A stretch of DNA of 36,354 bases from Deltaproteobacteria bacterium (GTDB lineage Bacteria; Myxococcota_A; UBA9160; SMWR01): contig SMWR01000054.1 of assembly GCA_004356735.1 (NCBI GenBank), positions 1 to 36,354 of the forward strand. Direction: 5' to 3'. Below, one piece after another: positions 27,471-36,354 of the stretch. The position numbers and the translations under genes were made by a program. Numbering within the stretch: position 1 is the stretch's first letter; each line of letters begins with the position of its first letter. Under the pieces are notes generated by a model. It saw only the letters and a program-made list of their open reading frames with translations, made no database searches and was not told the origin of the DNA.

Positions 27471-29033
27471 CTACGGAGCCCCCCGCGGGCTCCGGGTCCG
27501 TTGAGCGGGCAACAGCTTCCCAGTTCCGGCCTCCGCGATGAAGACAGGTCCCGAGATCACGCGCTGACTGGCCGGGTTGATGAATTTGACCGACTGCAAA
27601 ACCTCCTCGGGGCAGCTGAGCGCACACACGTAAAGGGGCCGGACGTTCCAGCCTGCTCTCCAGGTGGAATCGCGATAGAACAGTTGGTTGACGATGTGGA
27701 TCTCGCCGTGTCGATGCACCTGATCGACCGTCGATGCGACGAAGCGGCTGGTGGCGTGAGCGAACTCGCGAGAGCTCTGCCGAAACGATTGCTGCGTCAC
27801 CTGGATCTGGTAGACGTTGGCGACCAGAACCAGTGCGAGCCAGCCGAAAGCCGCGAAGCGCGGAACCGCTGATCGCGCGTCCTTTCGGAAGACCCTCAGG
27901 TGTGTGAAGACGAGACCAAACGCGATGGCCGCTGCGCCCCAGGGGAAGTAGCGGTAGCGGTCTACCCGCCCGAACCACTCCACGCCACGGTAGAGCCGGA
28001 GCGGGATCGGGATGGAGTAGCCGATCACGAGCGTCAGCATCAGCACCGCGAGGAGGGGGACGAACTTCGTCCCCGTGATGCGGCGGTAGTCGAAGAGCAA
28101 GGCCACGGCGCTCAGTGTGAGCGCCACCAACCAGGGCCCAGCGCGGATTGATCCCACGAGCGCGTCGGTGCCTGCCGCCGGAAGCGCGAAGCCGACATAC
28201 AGCCCATGGGTGAGGAGCCGAAGGGACTGCACCAGGGCAGCGTACCCTCCTTGTTCGAGGCTCAGTGCGTCGAGTGTGCTCGGCGTGACGTGGAGTGACC
28301 GCAACGCGAGGAACGAGCCGGTCACCGCTAGATACCCCGCGATCGAGAGCGCGCGCTGCGTTCGTGTGGATTGCCAAGCTTCAGCGCTCGGGCGGGCGGC
28401 GATGACCGCGGCATACAGGAGCGGCAGCTCGGCACCCATCGTGAAACTCGTCAGCATCAGTCCATGGGCGACCAGCGATAGCGCGAGATCGCGGGTTCGC
28501 GCCGTCGCGCAATACGAGAGGAAGCGCTCGAAGCTGACGAAGAAGAACAGGGTGCCGAGAAGCTGTCCCTGGGTCGTGATCCAAAGAATGGTGTTCGCGT
28601 GCCCCATGGTCAAACCGAACATCGCCGCGGCCACGACCGCGGCAGGCCCGCTCCGCGTCAGTCGCAACGCCAGGCGATGGAGCGCCAGCAGGTTCAGGAT
28701 GTGAAGGGCGAGGCTGACGAGGTGGTATCCCCAGGGTGCGTCACCGAAGAGGGCGAACTGAACCGCCCACGCAGCTCGCAGCAGCGGCTGCCAGTGGACG
28801 CCGGAGACGGGTTGAACCAACTTATCGTACGAGAGGCCTTGGTGGCGAGCCTCGGCGAGATTCCGGAAATCATCAGCCGCGAAGCCGTCGGCGAGCATTC
28901 CGATGTAGACGATGGCAACCGTCGCCGCGAGCAGACAGACGATTCCCACCGATCCGATCGGCAACCCCGCCCAGGAACCGCTCGGAGGGCGTCTGCCCTC
29001 GTCCGGATTCGATAAATGTGTCAACGCAATCAT
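27471..29033 (-). CDS. GT-C fold multi-pass membrane glycosyltransferase-like protein (PMT/TMTC-like)
   Basis: TM1 followed by GFAADDF, then WQPL...LFGDAPWGYHLVSLALHILN and DRYRY; start uncertain. Confidence 0.75.
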   Translation of the reverse strand: MIALTHLSNPDEGRRPPSGSWAGLPIGSVGIVCLLAATVAIVYIGMLADGFAADDFRNLAEARHQGLSYDKLVQPVSGVHWQPLLRAAWAVQFALFGDAPWGYHLVSLALHILNLLALHRLALRLTRSGPAAVVAAAMFGLTMGHANTILWITTQGQLLGTLFFFVSFERFLSYCATARTRDLALSLVAHGLMLTSFTMGAELPLLYAAVIAARPSAEAWQSTRTQRALSIAGYLAVTGSFLALRSLHVTPSTLDALSLEQGGYAALVQSLRLLTHGLYVGFALPAAGTDALVGSIRAGPWLVALTLSAVALLFDYRRITGTKFVPLLAVLMLTLVIGYSIPIPLRLYRGVEWFGRVDRYRYFPWGAAAIAFGLVFTHLRVFRKDARSAVPRFAAFGWLALVLVANVYQIQVTQQSFRQSSREFAHATSRFVASTVDQVHRHGEIHIVNQLFYRDSTWRAGWNVRPLYVCALSCPEEVLQSVKFINPASQRVISGPVFIAEAGTGKLLPAQRTRSPRGAP

Positions 29034-29136
29034 GGTCGGCGACGCGAGCCGGGTAACTGTTCGTTTCCTTCTCGTTGGTTCGAATCGAAGGGGCCTCGGG
29101 GATAGATTGCTGTGCTGTGCGCTTTCGTGCCAATCG

Positions 29137-29621
29137 TGCAGGTCGTCAGACTTTCTCGGACAGTTGAACCGTTCTTTTTCAAGAGGGTTCCAACTCCCGT
29201 CTGCGGCTAGCTCGCGTTTCGCAGATACTCTTTCTTGCTTCGTTTCAATGTCAAGCGCCTGATTCTTTCTCTGCGGTTGAGGATTGCACATTGGCGACCG
29301 TGGTACATGTCGTCCGGCGTCACGTTGCAGCTGGATTCGTGGACCCGCTCAGGGTTGCAGTCCTCCACGAAGCGAGTGATGCCGGCTGGTCCGATCTGGC
29401 GCGATCAGCGGCACATCCGGGACGGGTGCGACCGCAGAAGGTCGGAACGCAGTGCCCGGTGGCGCCGGCGGCCCTGGGAACCGCCATGGGGGCGGCGCCG
29501 ACGAAGAGGAGTACGAGGGCCGATGCGAGCGCGAGTCGAAGCCGGTTGAGCTCCGCTGGCTTCCCGGGACCCTCGCGTGGATCATTGCTCCAATCTGTCC
29601 AGACTCGGCTGACGGCTCGCA
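29137..29621 (-). mobile_element. Internally deleted second IS3-family copy in inverted orientation
   Basis: IRL at 29596-29621 matches the IR at 26851-26875; IRR-like tgcaggtcgtcagactttctcggaca at 29137-29162; orfB tail FVEDCNPERVHESSCNVTPDDMYHGRQ..ILNRRERI at 29207-29380. Confidence 0.85.
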
Positions 29622-29628
29622 AACGCCA

Positions 29629-31107
29629 CTAGGCGAGGATTCCCGGTACGACCTCGCCGGCGACGTCGGTCAGGCGGAACGCGCGCCCTTGGAATCGATA
29701 CGTGAGCCGCTCGTGGTCGAGCCCGAGCAGATGCAGGATGGTCGCCTGCAGGTCGTGTACGTGCACTGGGTTTTCGACGATCCGGTAGCCGAGGTCGTCT
29801 GTTTGGCCGTAGGTGAGGCCGGCCTTGATGCCACCGCCCGCCATCCAGATACAGAATGCGTCCGGGTGATGATCGCGACCGCGTTTTTTGCCCCCGCCTC
29901 CACGCTGAAGCAAGGGCGTGCGGCCGAACTCGCCGCACCAGATGACGAGAGTGTCATCGAGGAGCCCTCGCTGACGCAGATCTTTGACGAGTGCCGCCGA
30001 CGCGCGATCCACCTGCCGACATTTCACGGGAAGATTTCCGAAGACGTCCAGGTGATGATCCCAACCACCGTCATAGAGCTCAACGAACCGAACACCGCGC
30101 TCCACGAGACGGCGAGCCAGTAGGCAATTGTTGGCGAAGGAGGCCTCTCCGGATATGGCACCATACATCTCGCGCACTGATTCCCGCTCTTCGGAAAGGT
30201 CCATCAGTTCGGGGATCGACGTCTGCATACGAAAGGCGAGTTCGTACTGAGCGATGCGCGTAGCGATCTCGGGATCACCGACAGTTTCCAGATTCTCCTC
30301 ATTCAGGGCGCGAATGGCGTCCAGAATACGCCGCCGGTCCGCTCGCTCGATTCCCCTGGGGTCCGACAGGAAGAACATCGGCTCGTCCCCCCCGCGAAAT
30401 TCGACGCCGCGATACACGCTGGGTAGGAAGCCGTTGCTCCACAAGTCCCTACCGGCACCTACGAACACGCCGCTGCTCATTACGACGTAAGCCGGAAGAT
30501 TCTGGTTTTCGCTTCCGAGGCCGCGGACCACCCAGGAACCGAAACTCGGTCGCCCGTAGCGAAAGAACCCGGTGTGGAGCACGAGTTGAGCGGGTACGTG
30601 GTTGTTCTGATCGGTGTGCACACTCTTGATCACGGCGATGTCGTCGACGACCTCGGAGAGGTGGGGAAGCAGCTCTGAAACCTCGGTACCACTTTCTCCG
30701 CGCCGTGAGAACGCATAGGGTGTCCCCAACAGGTGCGGATGACCACGGATTTGCGCGAATCGTGCCTTCTCACACAACTCTGCCGGGCACGGCTGACCAT
30801 CGTGTTGCTGGAGCATTGGCTTGTAGTCGAGTAGATCGAGTTGGGATGGACCACCGAGCATGTGCATCAGAATGACGTTCTTTGCCCGCGGCTCGAAGTG
30901 CGGTCGTTGAACCGCGAGCGGGTCGTCGAGCCGTTGCGACGGATGGTCGGTGTGAGCCGGGGAAAATGGGCCCTCCGGTCGAAGCAGGGAGCCCAGCGCA
31001 ATCGCTCCGAGACCCAGACCCGCCGATCCGAGCAGGTCTCGACGCGTGAACCTTCGATCGGCCTCCGCCTGCGCGCGGCCGTCTTCAGCCGTTCGTGATC
31101 GTCTCAT
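29629..31107 (-). CDS. DUF1501 domain protein with Tat-like signal
   Basis: [71 protein letters not shown]. Confidence 0.92.
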   Translation of the reverse strand: MRRSRTAEDGRAQAEADRRFTRRDLLGSAGLGLGAIALGSLLRPEGPFSPAHTDHPSQRLDDPLAVQRPHFEPRAKNVILMHMLGGPSQLDLLDYKPMLQQHDGQPCPAELCEKARFAQIRGHPHLLGTPYAFSRRGESGTEVSELLPHLSEVVDDIAVIKSVHTDQNNHVPAQLVLHTGFFRYGRPSFGSWVVRGLGSENQNLPAYVVMSSGVFVGAGRDLWSNGFLPSVYRGVEFRGGDEPMFFLSDPRGIERADRRRILDAIRALNEENLETVGDPEIATRIAQYELAFRMQTSIPELMDLSEERESVREMYGAISGEASFANNCLLARRLVERGVRFVELYDGGWDHHLDVFGNLPVKCRQVDRASAALVKDLRQRGLLDDTLVIWCGEFGRTPLLQRGGGGKKRGRDHHPDAFCIWMAGGGIKAGLTYGQTDDLGYRIVENPVHVHDLQATILHLLGLDHERLTYRFQGRAFRLTDVAGEVVPGILA

Positions 31108-33880
31108 CGAGATTCAGCAGCGTAGTGGCGACATAGAACCACGCAGCCCAGTCGAGCACGTTGATCCCGCGCGGAGGGCGTAGCGACGCGGCGAGGCTTC
31201 GGGCTCTGGCCGGGTTGCGCTCGTTGCGGTTCAACTCGTTACGATACAGCTCGTGCAGCAGGTCGGTCTCCCGCGGGTTTGGATGTCTGGCGACGGCGAG
31301 CTGAAAGCCATAGTCGATACGTTGCCGTGAGGTTGTCGCATTCGGAGCCCGCATGATCCGAACAGCGAGGGCGGCCGCGAGGTCGACGTATACGGAATCG
31401 TTCAGGAGCGTCAGAGCCTGGAGCGGTGTGTTGCTTCGCAGACGTCGAACGCACGTCGATGAACGGCTGGGGGCGTCGAAGTTGACGAAACTCGGGTAGA
31501 GACTCGTTCGTCTCCAGACCGTGTAGAGCCCGCGCCGATAGCGATCCCGGCCAGTCGACGGCAGATACTCCAGCTTCCGAAAGGCGCCCGCGGTCTTCTT
31601 CCACAAGCCCGGGGGCTGCTGGGGGTATACGGGTGGACCGAAGCGCTTTCGGTTGAGCTTGCCGCTGACGGCGAGGGCGTTGTCGCGGATCATTTCGGCA
31701 GTGAGACGCAGCCTCGGGCCGCGAGCATAGAGACTGTTTTGCGGATCCCGTTCGAGCTGCTCCGCATTCACCTGCGATGACTGCCGGTACGTCGAAGACG
31801 TCGCGATCAGACGGTGCATGTGTTTCATCGACCAGCCGTGTTCCACAAATTCGACCGCGAGCCAGTCGAGAAGAGCCCCGTGGCTCGGTGCTTCGCCTTT
31901 GGTGCCAAAGTCATCACGCGATTCGACGAGTCCGCGACCGAAGAACTCCGCCCACCAGCGATTCACCGTCACGCGTGCGACCAGGGGATTTTCGGGACTG
32001 ACGAGCCAACGGGCCAGACCGAGGCGGTTGGGCGGGGCGTCCTGTGGCAACGTGTGGAGAAACGACGGAGTCCCGGGCTCCACCTGCTCGCCGGGATTGA
32101 GAAAGCTTCCGCCCATCAGGATTTGGGTCGTGCGCTTTTCCTCCAGCTCGACCATCACGAGGGTCGTGGATGTCGCGCGCCCCATCGCTATCGGTGCGTT
32201 CTGTCGGCCAACGCCTTCGTCAGGAAGTTGCAACCAGGGGCCGATGAATTCAACACCCACCAAATTCTGCGCGTACCGGGTTTCGATCGGTGTGTTGTTG
32301 AAGTAGCTGAAGATCTGATAGTACTCGCGCTGGGTAATCGGATCGTGTTTGTGATCGTGGCACTGTGCGCACTCGATCGTGGTTCCGAGCCAGACCGTAC
32401 CCGTGACGTTCGTCCGGTCGACCACTTGGGCGATACGGTACTCTTCCGGATCCGCGCCGGCCTCTTCATTGGCCGGCGCTCCGCGGTGGAAGCCTGTCGC
32501 GATCCGTTGGTCGAGCGTTGGATCCGAAAGCAGATCTCCAGCGATCTGCTCGATCGTGAACTGATCGAAGGGCATGTCGCGATTCAGCGCCGTGATGACC
32601 CAATCGCGATACGGCCAGGACGCGCGCAGGCCGTCGAATTGATAACCGTTGCTGTCCGCGTAGCGCGCTGCGTCGAGCCAGGGCACGGCCCAGCGTTCGC
32701 CGTAGTACGGCGAGGCGAGTAAGCGGTCCACGACCGACTCGTAGGCGTTCGGCGAGGCGTTGCTCGCGAATGCGTTCACCTCCGCCGGCGTCGGCGGAAG
32801 CCCGATCAGGTCGAAGTAGACCCTCCGCAGCAGCGTGGCGCGGTTCGCCTCGGGCGCGGGGGACAGGCCTTCGGCCTCCATGTGGGCCAACACGAACGCG
32901 TCGATGGGGTTGAGAACCCATCCGGGAGACTCGACCGCGGGCACAGCGGGCCGTTCTGGCTTCACGTAGGCCCAATGGGACTCGATGGTCGCGTCCGCAA
33001 CCGTGGCCGACTCGGGCCAGTTCGCGCCCTGATCGATCCAGGCCTTGATCAAGGCGATCTGTTCGATCGGAAGGGGATCCTCGTTCTGCGGCATGCTTTT
33101 CTTCTTGTCCAAGGCCAGCAGCCGTCGAACCACTGTGCTGTGTTCCCCGTCGCCGGGGATCACCGCCTTTCCGGTTCTGCCTCCGCCGATGCTGAGATGT
33201 CGGGCGTCGAGCCGCAATTCGTGCCTCTGCTTCTTCGGGCCGTGGCACGAGTAACACGACGCCTCGAAGATGGGTTGCACGTCCCGCACGAAGTCCACGG
33301 TTCCAGTGGGCGCCACCGACGCCAGAGAAACCGGTTCCCGCTGGAAGAACGGGATCGCGGAGGTGAGGTAGTCGTCCCCGAGGACGAGCATCCCGCCGAA
33401 ATGTCCGCCGACGCTGACCGCGGCGCCGCACAACATCAGCCCCGCCACGTAAGCGCGTCGGAGCCACACTCCCGGTCGCACGCGCTCGGCGAAACAGAGC
33501 ACGGCCACCGCCACCGATCCCACGGCCGTGCCAACGCCAAGCCACCGGTGGGTCTCGAGCATCTCCGCGGCACGCCCCACGTAGTCAGCGTGGCTCCCGG
33601 CCTGCCAGCCCAAGAGCGCGGCCACGACCGCTCCGGCGGCGCCCAGGCGTAGACAAAAGAATGCCGTGTCCCCTGCGACCGGTCGCTGGCGAATCAGATT
33701 GAGCGCTTCCACCACGACCGCCGTGAGGAGAAGCGCGATCGGAAAGTGGACGGCCATTGGGTGCAGCCGCCCGAGCAACCGTCCCACCCAGGGGTCCGTC
33801 TCTCCGGCCCATGCCGTTCCGGCCGTAGCGGCCATCCAAACGCAGATCCCGATGAGTGACGACGTTTTGCCTCGTGTCAT
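31085..33880 (-). CDS. DUF2231 + planctomycete cytochrome c + DUF1549/DUF1553 (PSD1) protein
   Basis: [13 protein letters not shown]; [17 protein letters not shown]; [28 protein letters not shown]; [11 protein letters not shown]; ARVTVNRWW; [12 protein letters not shown]. Confidence 0.92.
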   Translation of the reverse strand: MTRGKTSSLIGICVWMAATAGTAWAGETDPWVGRLLGRLHPMAVHFPIALLLTAVVVEALNLIRQRPVAGDTAFFCLRLGAAGAVVAALLGWQAGSHADYVGRAAEMLETHRWLGVGTAVGSVAVAVLCFAERVRPGVWLRRAYVAGLMLCGAAVSVGGHFGGMLVLGDDYLTSAIPFFQREPVSLASVAPTGTVDFVRDVQPIFEASCYSCHGPKKQRHELRLDARHLSIGGGRTGKAVIPGDGEHSTVVRRLLALDKKKSMPQNEDPLPIEQIALIKAWIDQGANWPESATVADATIESHWAYVKPERPAVPAVESPGWVLNPIDAFVLAHMEAEGLSPAPEANRATLLRRVYFDLIGLPPTPAEVNAFASNASPNAYESVVDRLLASPYYGERWAVPWLDAARYADSNGYQFDGLRASWPYRDWVITALNRDMPFDQFTIEQIAGDLLSDPTLDQRIATGFHRGAPANEEAGADPEEYRIAQVVDRTNVTGTVWLGTTIECAQCHDHKHDPITQREYYQIFSYFNNTPIETRYAQNLVGVEFIGPWLQLPDEGVGRQNAPIAMGRATSTTLVMVELEEKRTTQILMGGSFLNPGEQVEPGTPSFLHTLPQDAPPNRLGLARWLVSPENPLVARVTVNRWWAEFFGRGLVESRDDFGTKGEAPSHGALLDWLAVEFVEHGWSMKHMHRLIATSSTYRQSSQVNAEQLERDPQNSLYARGPRLRLTAEMIRDNALAVSGKLNRKRFGPPVYPQQPPGLWKKTAGAFRKLEYLPSTGRDRYRRGLYTVWRRTSLYPSFVNFDAPSRSSTCVRRLRSNTPLQALTLLNDSVYVDLAAALAVRIMRAPNATTSRQRIDYGFQLAVARHPNPRETDLLHELYRNELNRNERNPARARSLAASLRPPRGINVLDWAAWFYVATTLLNLDETITNG

Positions 33881-34034
33881 ACCTTGATCCGCTGCCTGCA
33901 GCTCCGCTCCGATCCGTCAGGTTACCCCATCGAACTGTGATGGGTACGATCTCGTTGGACACGGAAGTTCTAGTACAACCGATGTTTTTACGAGGCGCCT
34001 CATGGGGCGTTTTTCTTCGAAGGGCACGTGCGGC

Positions 34035-34200
34035 TGGAGTTGCCCCGGTTCCGTAGACGGTCAAGCCCTCGGGCTCGTTGACCTTCGTTCGGGATCTCTT
34101 TTCTACGCCACTGGTGACAAGTAGCCGAGCGCCGAGTGCCGACGATGCGGGTTGTCCCGGCCTTCTCGATGAAGTCGAAGACGGCCATCGCGGTCTCGTT
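34035..34200 (-). mobile_element. IS3-family right-end remnant from a different subgroup
   Basis: Minus-strand MAVFDFIE[frameshift]GRDNPHRRHSALGYLSPVA*, followed by the IR accgtctacggaaccggggcaactcca. Confidence 0.8.
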
Positions 34201-34320
34201 GCGTCGTCCAGGCCCGCTTGCGGCGACTGCTGCCCTCGAGTGCCGCACGGCCCATCAGATGGGCGACTCGCTTGCGCCCTACGCGGGTTCCCTACAACGA
34301 ACTGAAAACCCCGATCCCGG

Positions 34321-34372
34321 GCTCGTTCTCATGACCCCGGGGGCGGGGGTTCGAAGCCCTCCCCCGCTGCCA
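34321..34372 (+). pseudogene. Degenerate 3' portion of initiator tRNA-Met (att-like scar)
   Basis: gctcgt..ctCATgacc; T-arm GGGGG-TTCGAAG-CCCTC; acceptor strand CCCCGCT-G-CCA; no 5' half. Confidence 0.6.
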
Positions 34373-34375
34373 TCG

Positions 34376-34414
34376 AAGCCCCCGGAACCGGAAGGTTCCG
34401 GGGGCTTTCGTGTT
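34376..34414 (+). terminator. Intrinsic terminator
   Basis: 14-bp perfect stem aagcccccggaacc-ggaa-ggttccgggggctt followed by tcgtgttt. Confidence 0.8.
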
Positions 34415-34616
34415 TCAGGCTCCAGCTGCGCTGTGGGAATTCAATCGGGACTTCGCGGCGCGGCGACAGAGCAAGTCCGCAGGCACTTCGCCCTCACGAA
34501 CCTCGAGTGGGCTGGGTAGGCATCGGAGGGACGGATTCCAGAGCGTTGTTTTTTCAACGGCCACAGTCCAGAATGTCATGCGAGGCAGCTGAGTTGCGCA
34601 CCGTCGGCTACATCGA

Positions 34617-36197
34617 GTGAGCGAACGTCGAGCCCTTAACGGGCTGCGGTACTTCGCGGTCCCGGCGCTCGCCATCGCCGCGACCGGCGGGATCTTCCTC
34701 GCCAACCTGCGGCGCTACACCTTCCTTTCGGACGATGCCTTCATCAGCTTCCGCTACGCCCACCACCTCGTACAGGGCCTCGGACTCGTCTGGAACGTCG
34801 GCGAGGCAGTGGAGGGCTACACGAACTTCCTCTGGGTGCTGCTCATGGCCGGCGCGCTTGCCCTGGGGCTCCGCCCCGAGGTCATCTCCAACGCGCTGGG
34901 CATCACCAGCGGCGTGGGCGTGCTCACCGCGCTCGTGGTCTTCTCGGCTCGGGCCACGAGCTGGCGTAATCCCCTCATCTGGTTGGCGCCGCTGACACTG
35001 GCCACAAGCCGCAGCTTCGTCGCCTGGTGCACCGGCGGGCTCGAGACCATGTTCTTCACGCTGCTCGTGCTGCTCGCCTTCTTGCGCTTTGTGCGCGAGC
35101 ACGAGAGACGCGAGGAAGCGCCGGTAGGCTCGGCCCTCCTCTTCGCAGCGGCCACCCTGACGCGTCCCGAAGGCGCCCTCTTCGCCGCCGTGGCGGGAAG
35201 CGCGCTCGTGTTGGAGTGTCTGCGGGGCCGGCGGTCGCTGCGCGCGGTAACGCTCTTCGCTGTCCCCTACGCCACCGTCGTTGGCGCCCACCTGCTCTGG
35301 CGCCACGCCACCTACGGCTTCTGGCTTCCGAACAGCTTCTACGCCAAGGTACCCGGCGCCGCGTGGGAGAAGGGCGCCCGCTACCTCTTCACCTTCCACG
35401 AGGAATACCGGATCCTCTGGTTCCTGCCGCTCACTCTGCCCGCCCTCGTGCTGGGACGCCGCCATGCCGCCGGCCTTTTCTTTGCCGCCATCGCGACGTA
35501 TCTCCTCTACGTCGCATTCGTGGGCGGCGACTGGTTTGAGTTTCGCTTCCTCGTCGTCGTCCTGCCCCTGCTCTACTGGCTGCTGGCCGAGTCGCTGGTG
35601 TGCCTGGTGGAGCGCGCCCGGCCGGGCCGGCTGCGCCTGGCCGTGGCGACGCTCGCCGCGGTGGCCGCGGGCCTGCTCGTGGTGGCCACCCACGTCGGTT
35701 CGCGCCGCCCTGAGGCACGGCGCTTGGCACCATACGGGATCACGAGCATCGAGGGCATCGACCGCTACGCGCGCTCGCGAATTGCCGAAGGACGCTTCCT
35801 GCGCCAGCTCATCGACGAGGGTGTCCTGCCGCGGGACCTGCGCATCGCCGTCAGCGGCGCCGGCGCCGTTCCGTACTACACGGACTGGCCGACGTTGGAC
35901 CTGCACGGGCTGAACGACGTCGAGATCGCCCACTCGCCGATTGCGAAGCGCGGCTGGATCGGGCACGAGCGCTCGGCGAGCCTCGAGCTGCTGCGTCGCC
36001 GGAACGTGGCGGTCGTGGACGTCGTGAACCGCCTGGTCCACGACTCGCGGATCGACCGCCGCGTCCGCGGCGCGCGCTTGTATCCGGAGCTGCCGCTGCA
36101 GGTGATTCCCGTGCGCGGCCGCTATTTCAAGTTCGCGACGCCCCTGTCGCGCGAGGAACTCGCGCGGGCCCTCGCGCCCCTGGAACTCGCCGACTGA
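34617..36197 (+). CDS. GT-C fold membrane glycosyltransferase (AftB-like family)
   Basis: SDDAFISFRYA..L..G.GLVWN.GE.VEGYTNFLW, GLET, TRPEG, PNSFYAK, GGDW..FRF, DLHGLND. Confidence 0.85.
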   Translation: MSERRALNGLRYFAVPALAIAATGGIFLANLRRYTFLSDDAFISFRYAHHLVQGLGLVWNVGEAVEGYTNFLWVLLMAGALALGLRPEVISNALGITSGVGVLTALVVFSARATSWRNPLIWLAPLTLATSRSFVAWCTGGLETMFFTLLVLLAFLRFVREHERREEAPVGSALLFAAATLTRPEGALFAAVAGSALVLECLRGRRSLRAVTLFAVPYATVVGAHLLWRHATYGFWLPNSFYAKVPGAAWEKGARYLFTFHEEYRILWFLPLTLPALVLGRRHAAGLFFAAIATYLLYVAFVGGDWFEFRFLVVVLPLLYWLLAESLVCLVERARPGRLRLAVATLAAVAAGLLVVATHVGSRRPEARRLAPYGITSIEGIDRYARSRIAEGRFLRQLIDEGVLPRDLRIAVSGAGAVPYYTDWPTLDLHGLNDVEIAHSPIAKRGWIGHERSASLELLRRRNVAVVDVVNRLVHDSRIDRRVRGARLYPELPLQVIPVRGRYFKFATPLSREELARALAPLELAD

Positions 36198-36222
36198 AGC
36201 CCGATTCGCACTCGGGCTGGAC

Positions 36223-36243
36223 GTGGGGGACTTGTGGGGGACT
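36223..36243 (+). repeat. Direct repeat GTGGGGGACT x2 (possible integrase arm-type sites)
   Basis: 36223-36232 and 36234-36243; related GTGGGGGGACTT at 26658-26669. Confidence 0.55.
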
Positions 36244-36354
36244 CGGTGCATGAATCGGTAGTATTCGGACGCATTGGACGCATTCCATGGGCCACCCCTT
36301 CCGCGCATCCATCGGTCATCGTTGCGGCTTCCCCAATCGTCGGGCTGGGCGGGA

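Noticed and set aside
29034-29291. 86-aa N-terminal extension of the 606-aa ORF
   Set aside because: It runs through IS orfB-tail and IRR sequence and is not part of the glycosyltransferase.
34282-34372. Intact tRNA-Met gene
   Set aside because: No D-arm or correctly spaced 5' acceptor strand, and the anticodon stem cannot pair.
875-36308. Many long antisense or alternate-frame ORFs (e.g. 875-1984, 3314-4744, 12786-14189, 18735-20399, 34608-36308)
   Set aside because: Shadow ORFs of well-supported genes, expected from stop-codon scarcity in high-GC DNA.

Overview
High-GC bacterial window. The gene content and order (ccsA-like-hemA-hemC-cobA/hemD-hemB-DUF4177) suggest a Myxococcota/deltaproteobacterial lineage, which is an inference. 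Positions ~1-26617 are mostly core genes: trxA; a promoter-led, translationally coupled run of a mini-ORF resembling a collapsed GmhA, a deoxyhypusine-synthase-like protein and a macrodomain, followed by the heme operon; an ABC1 kinase/membrane protein/phasin-like operon; CBS protein; MATE; D-cysteine desulfhydrase-like enzyme; aldehyde dehydrogenase; USP; lpxD-rnhB-truD; cysK; a damaged gamma-carbonic-anhydrase-like gene; TetR; a doubly frameshifted methyltransferase; an orphan ACP; and polA. After polA the window becomes a decayed accessory region. It holds the C-terminal stub of a tyrosine integrase, three IS3-family remnants (two inverted around a GT-C-type membrane glycosyltransferase gene, like a composite transposon), a Planctomycete-type DUF2231/cytochrome c/DUF1549/DUF1553 plus DUF1501 gene pair, a degenerate 3' half of initiator tRNA-Met with a terminator (att-like scar), and a second GT-C glycosyltransferase followed by GTGGGGGACT direct repeats. 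All family calls are by motif recognition from memory; no searches were run.
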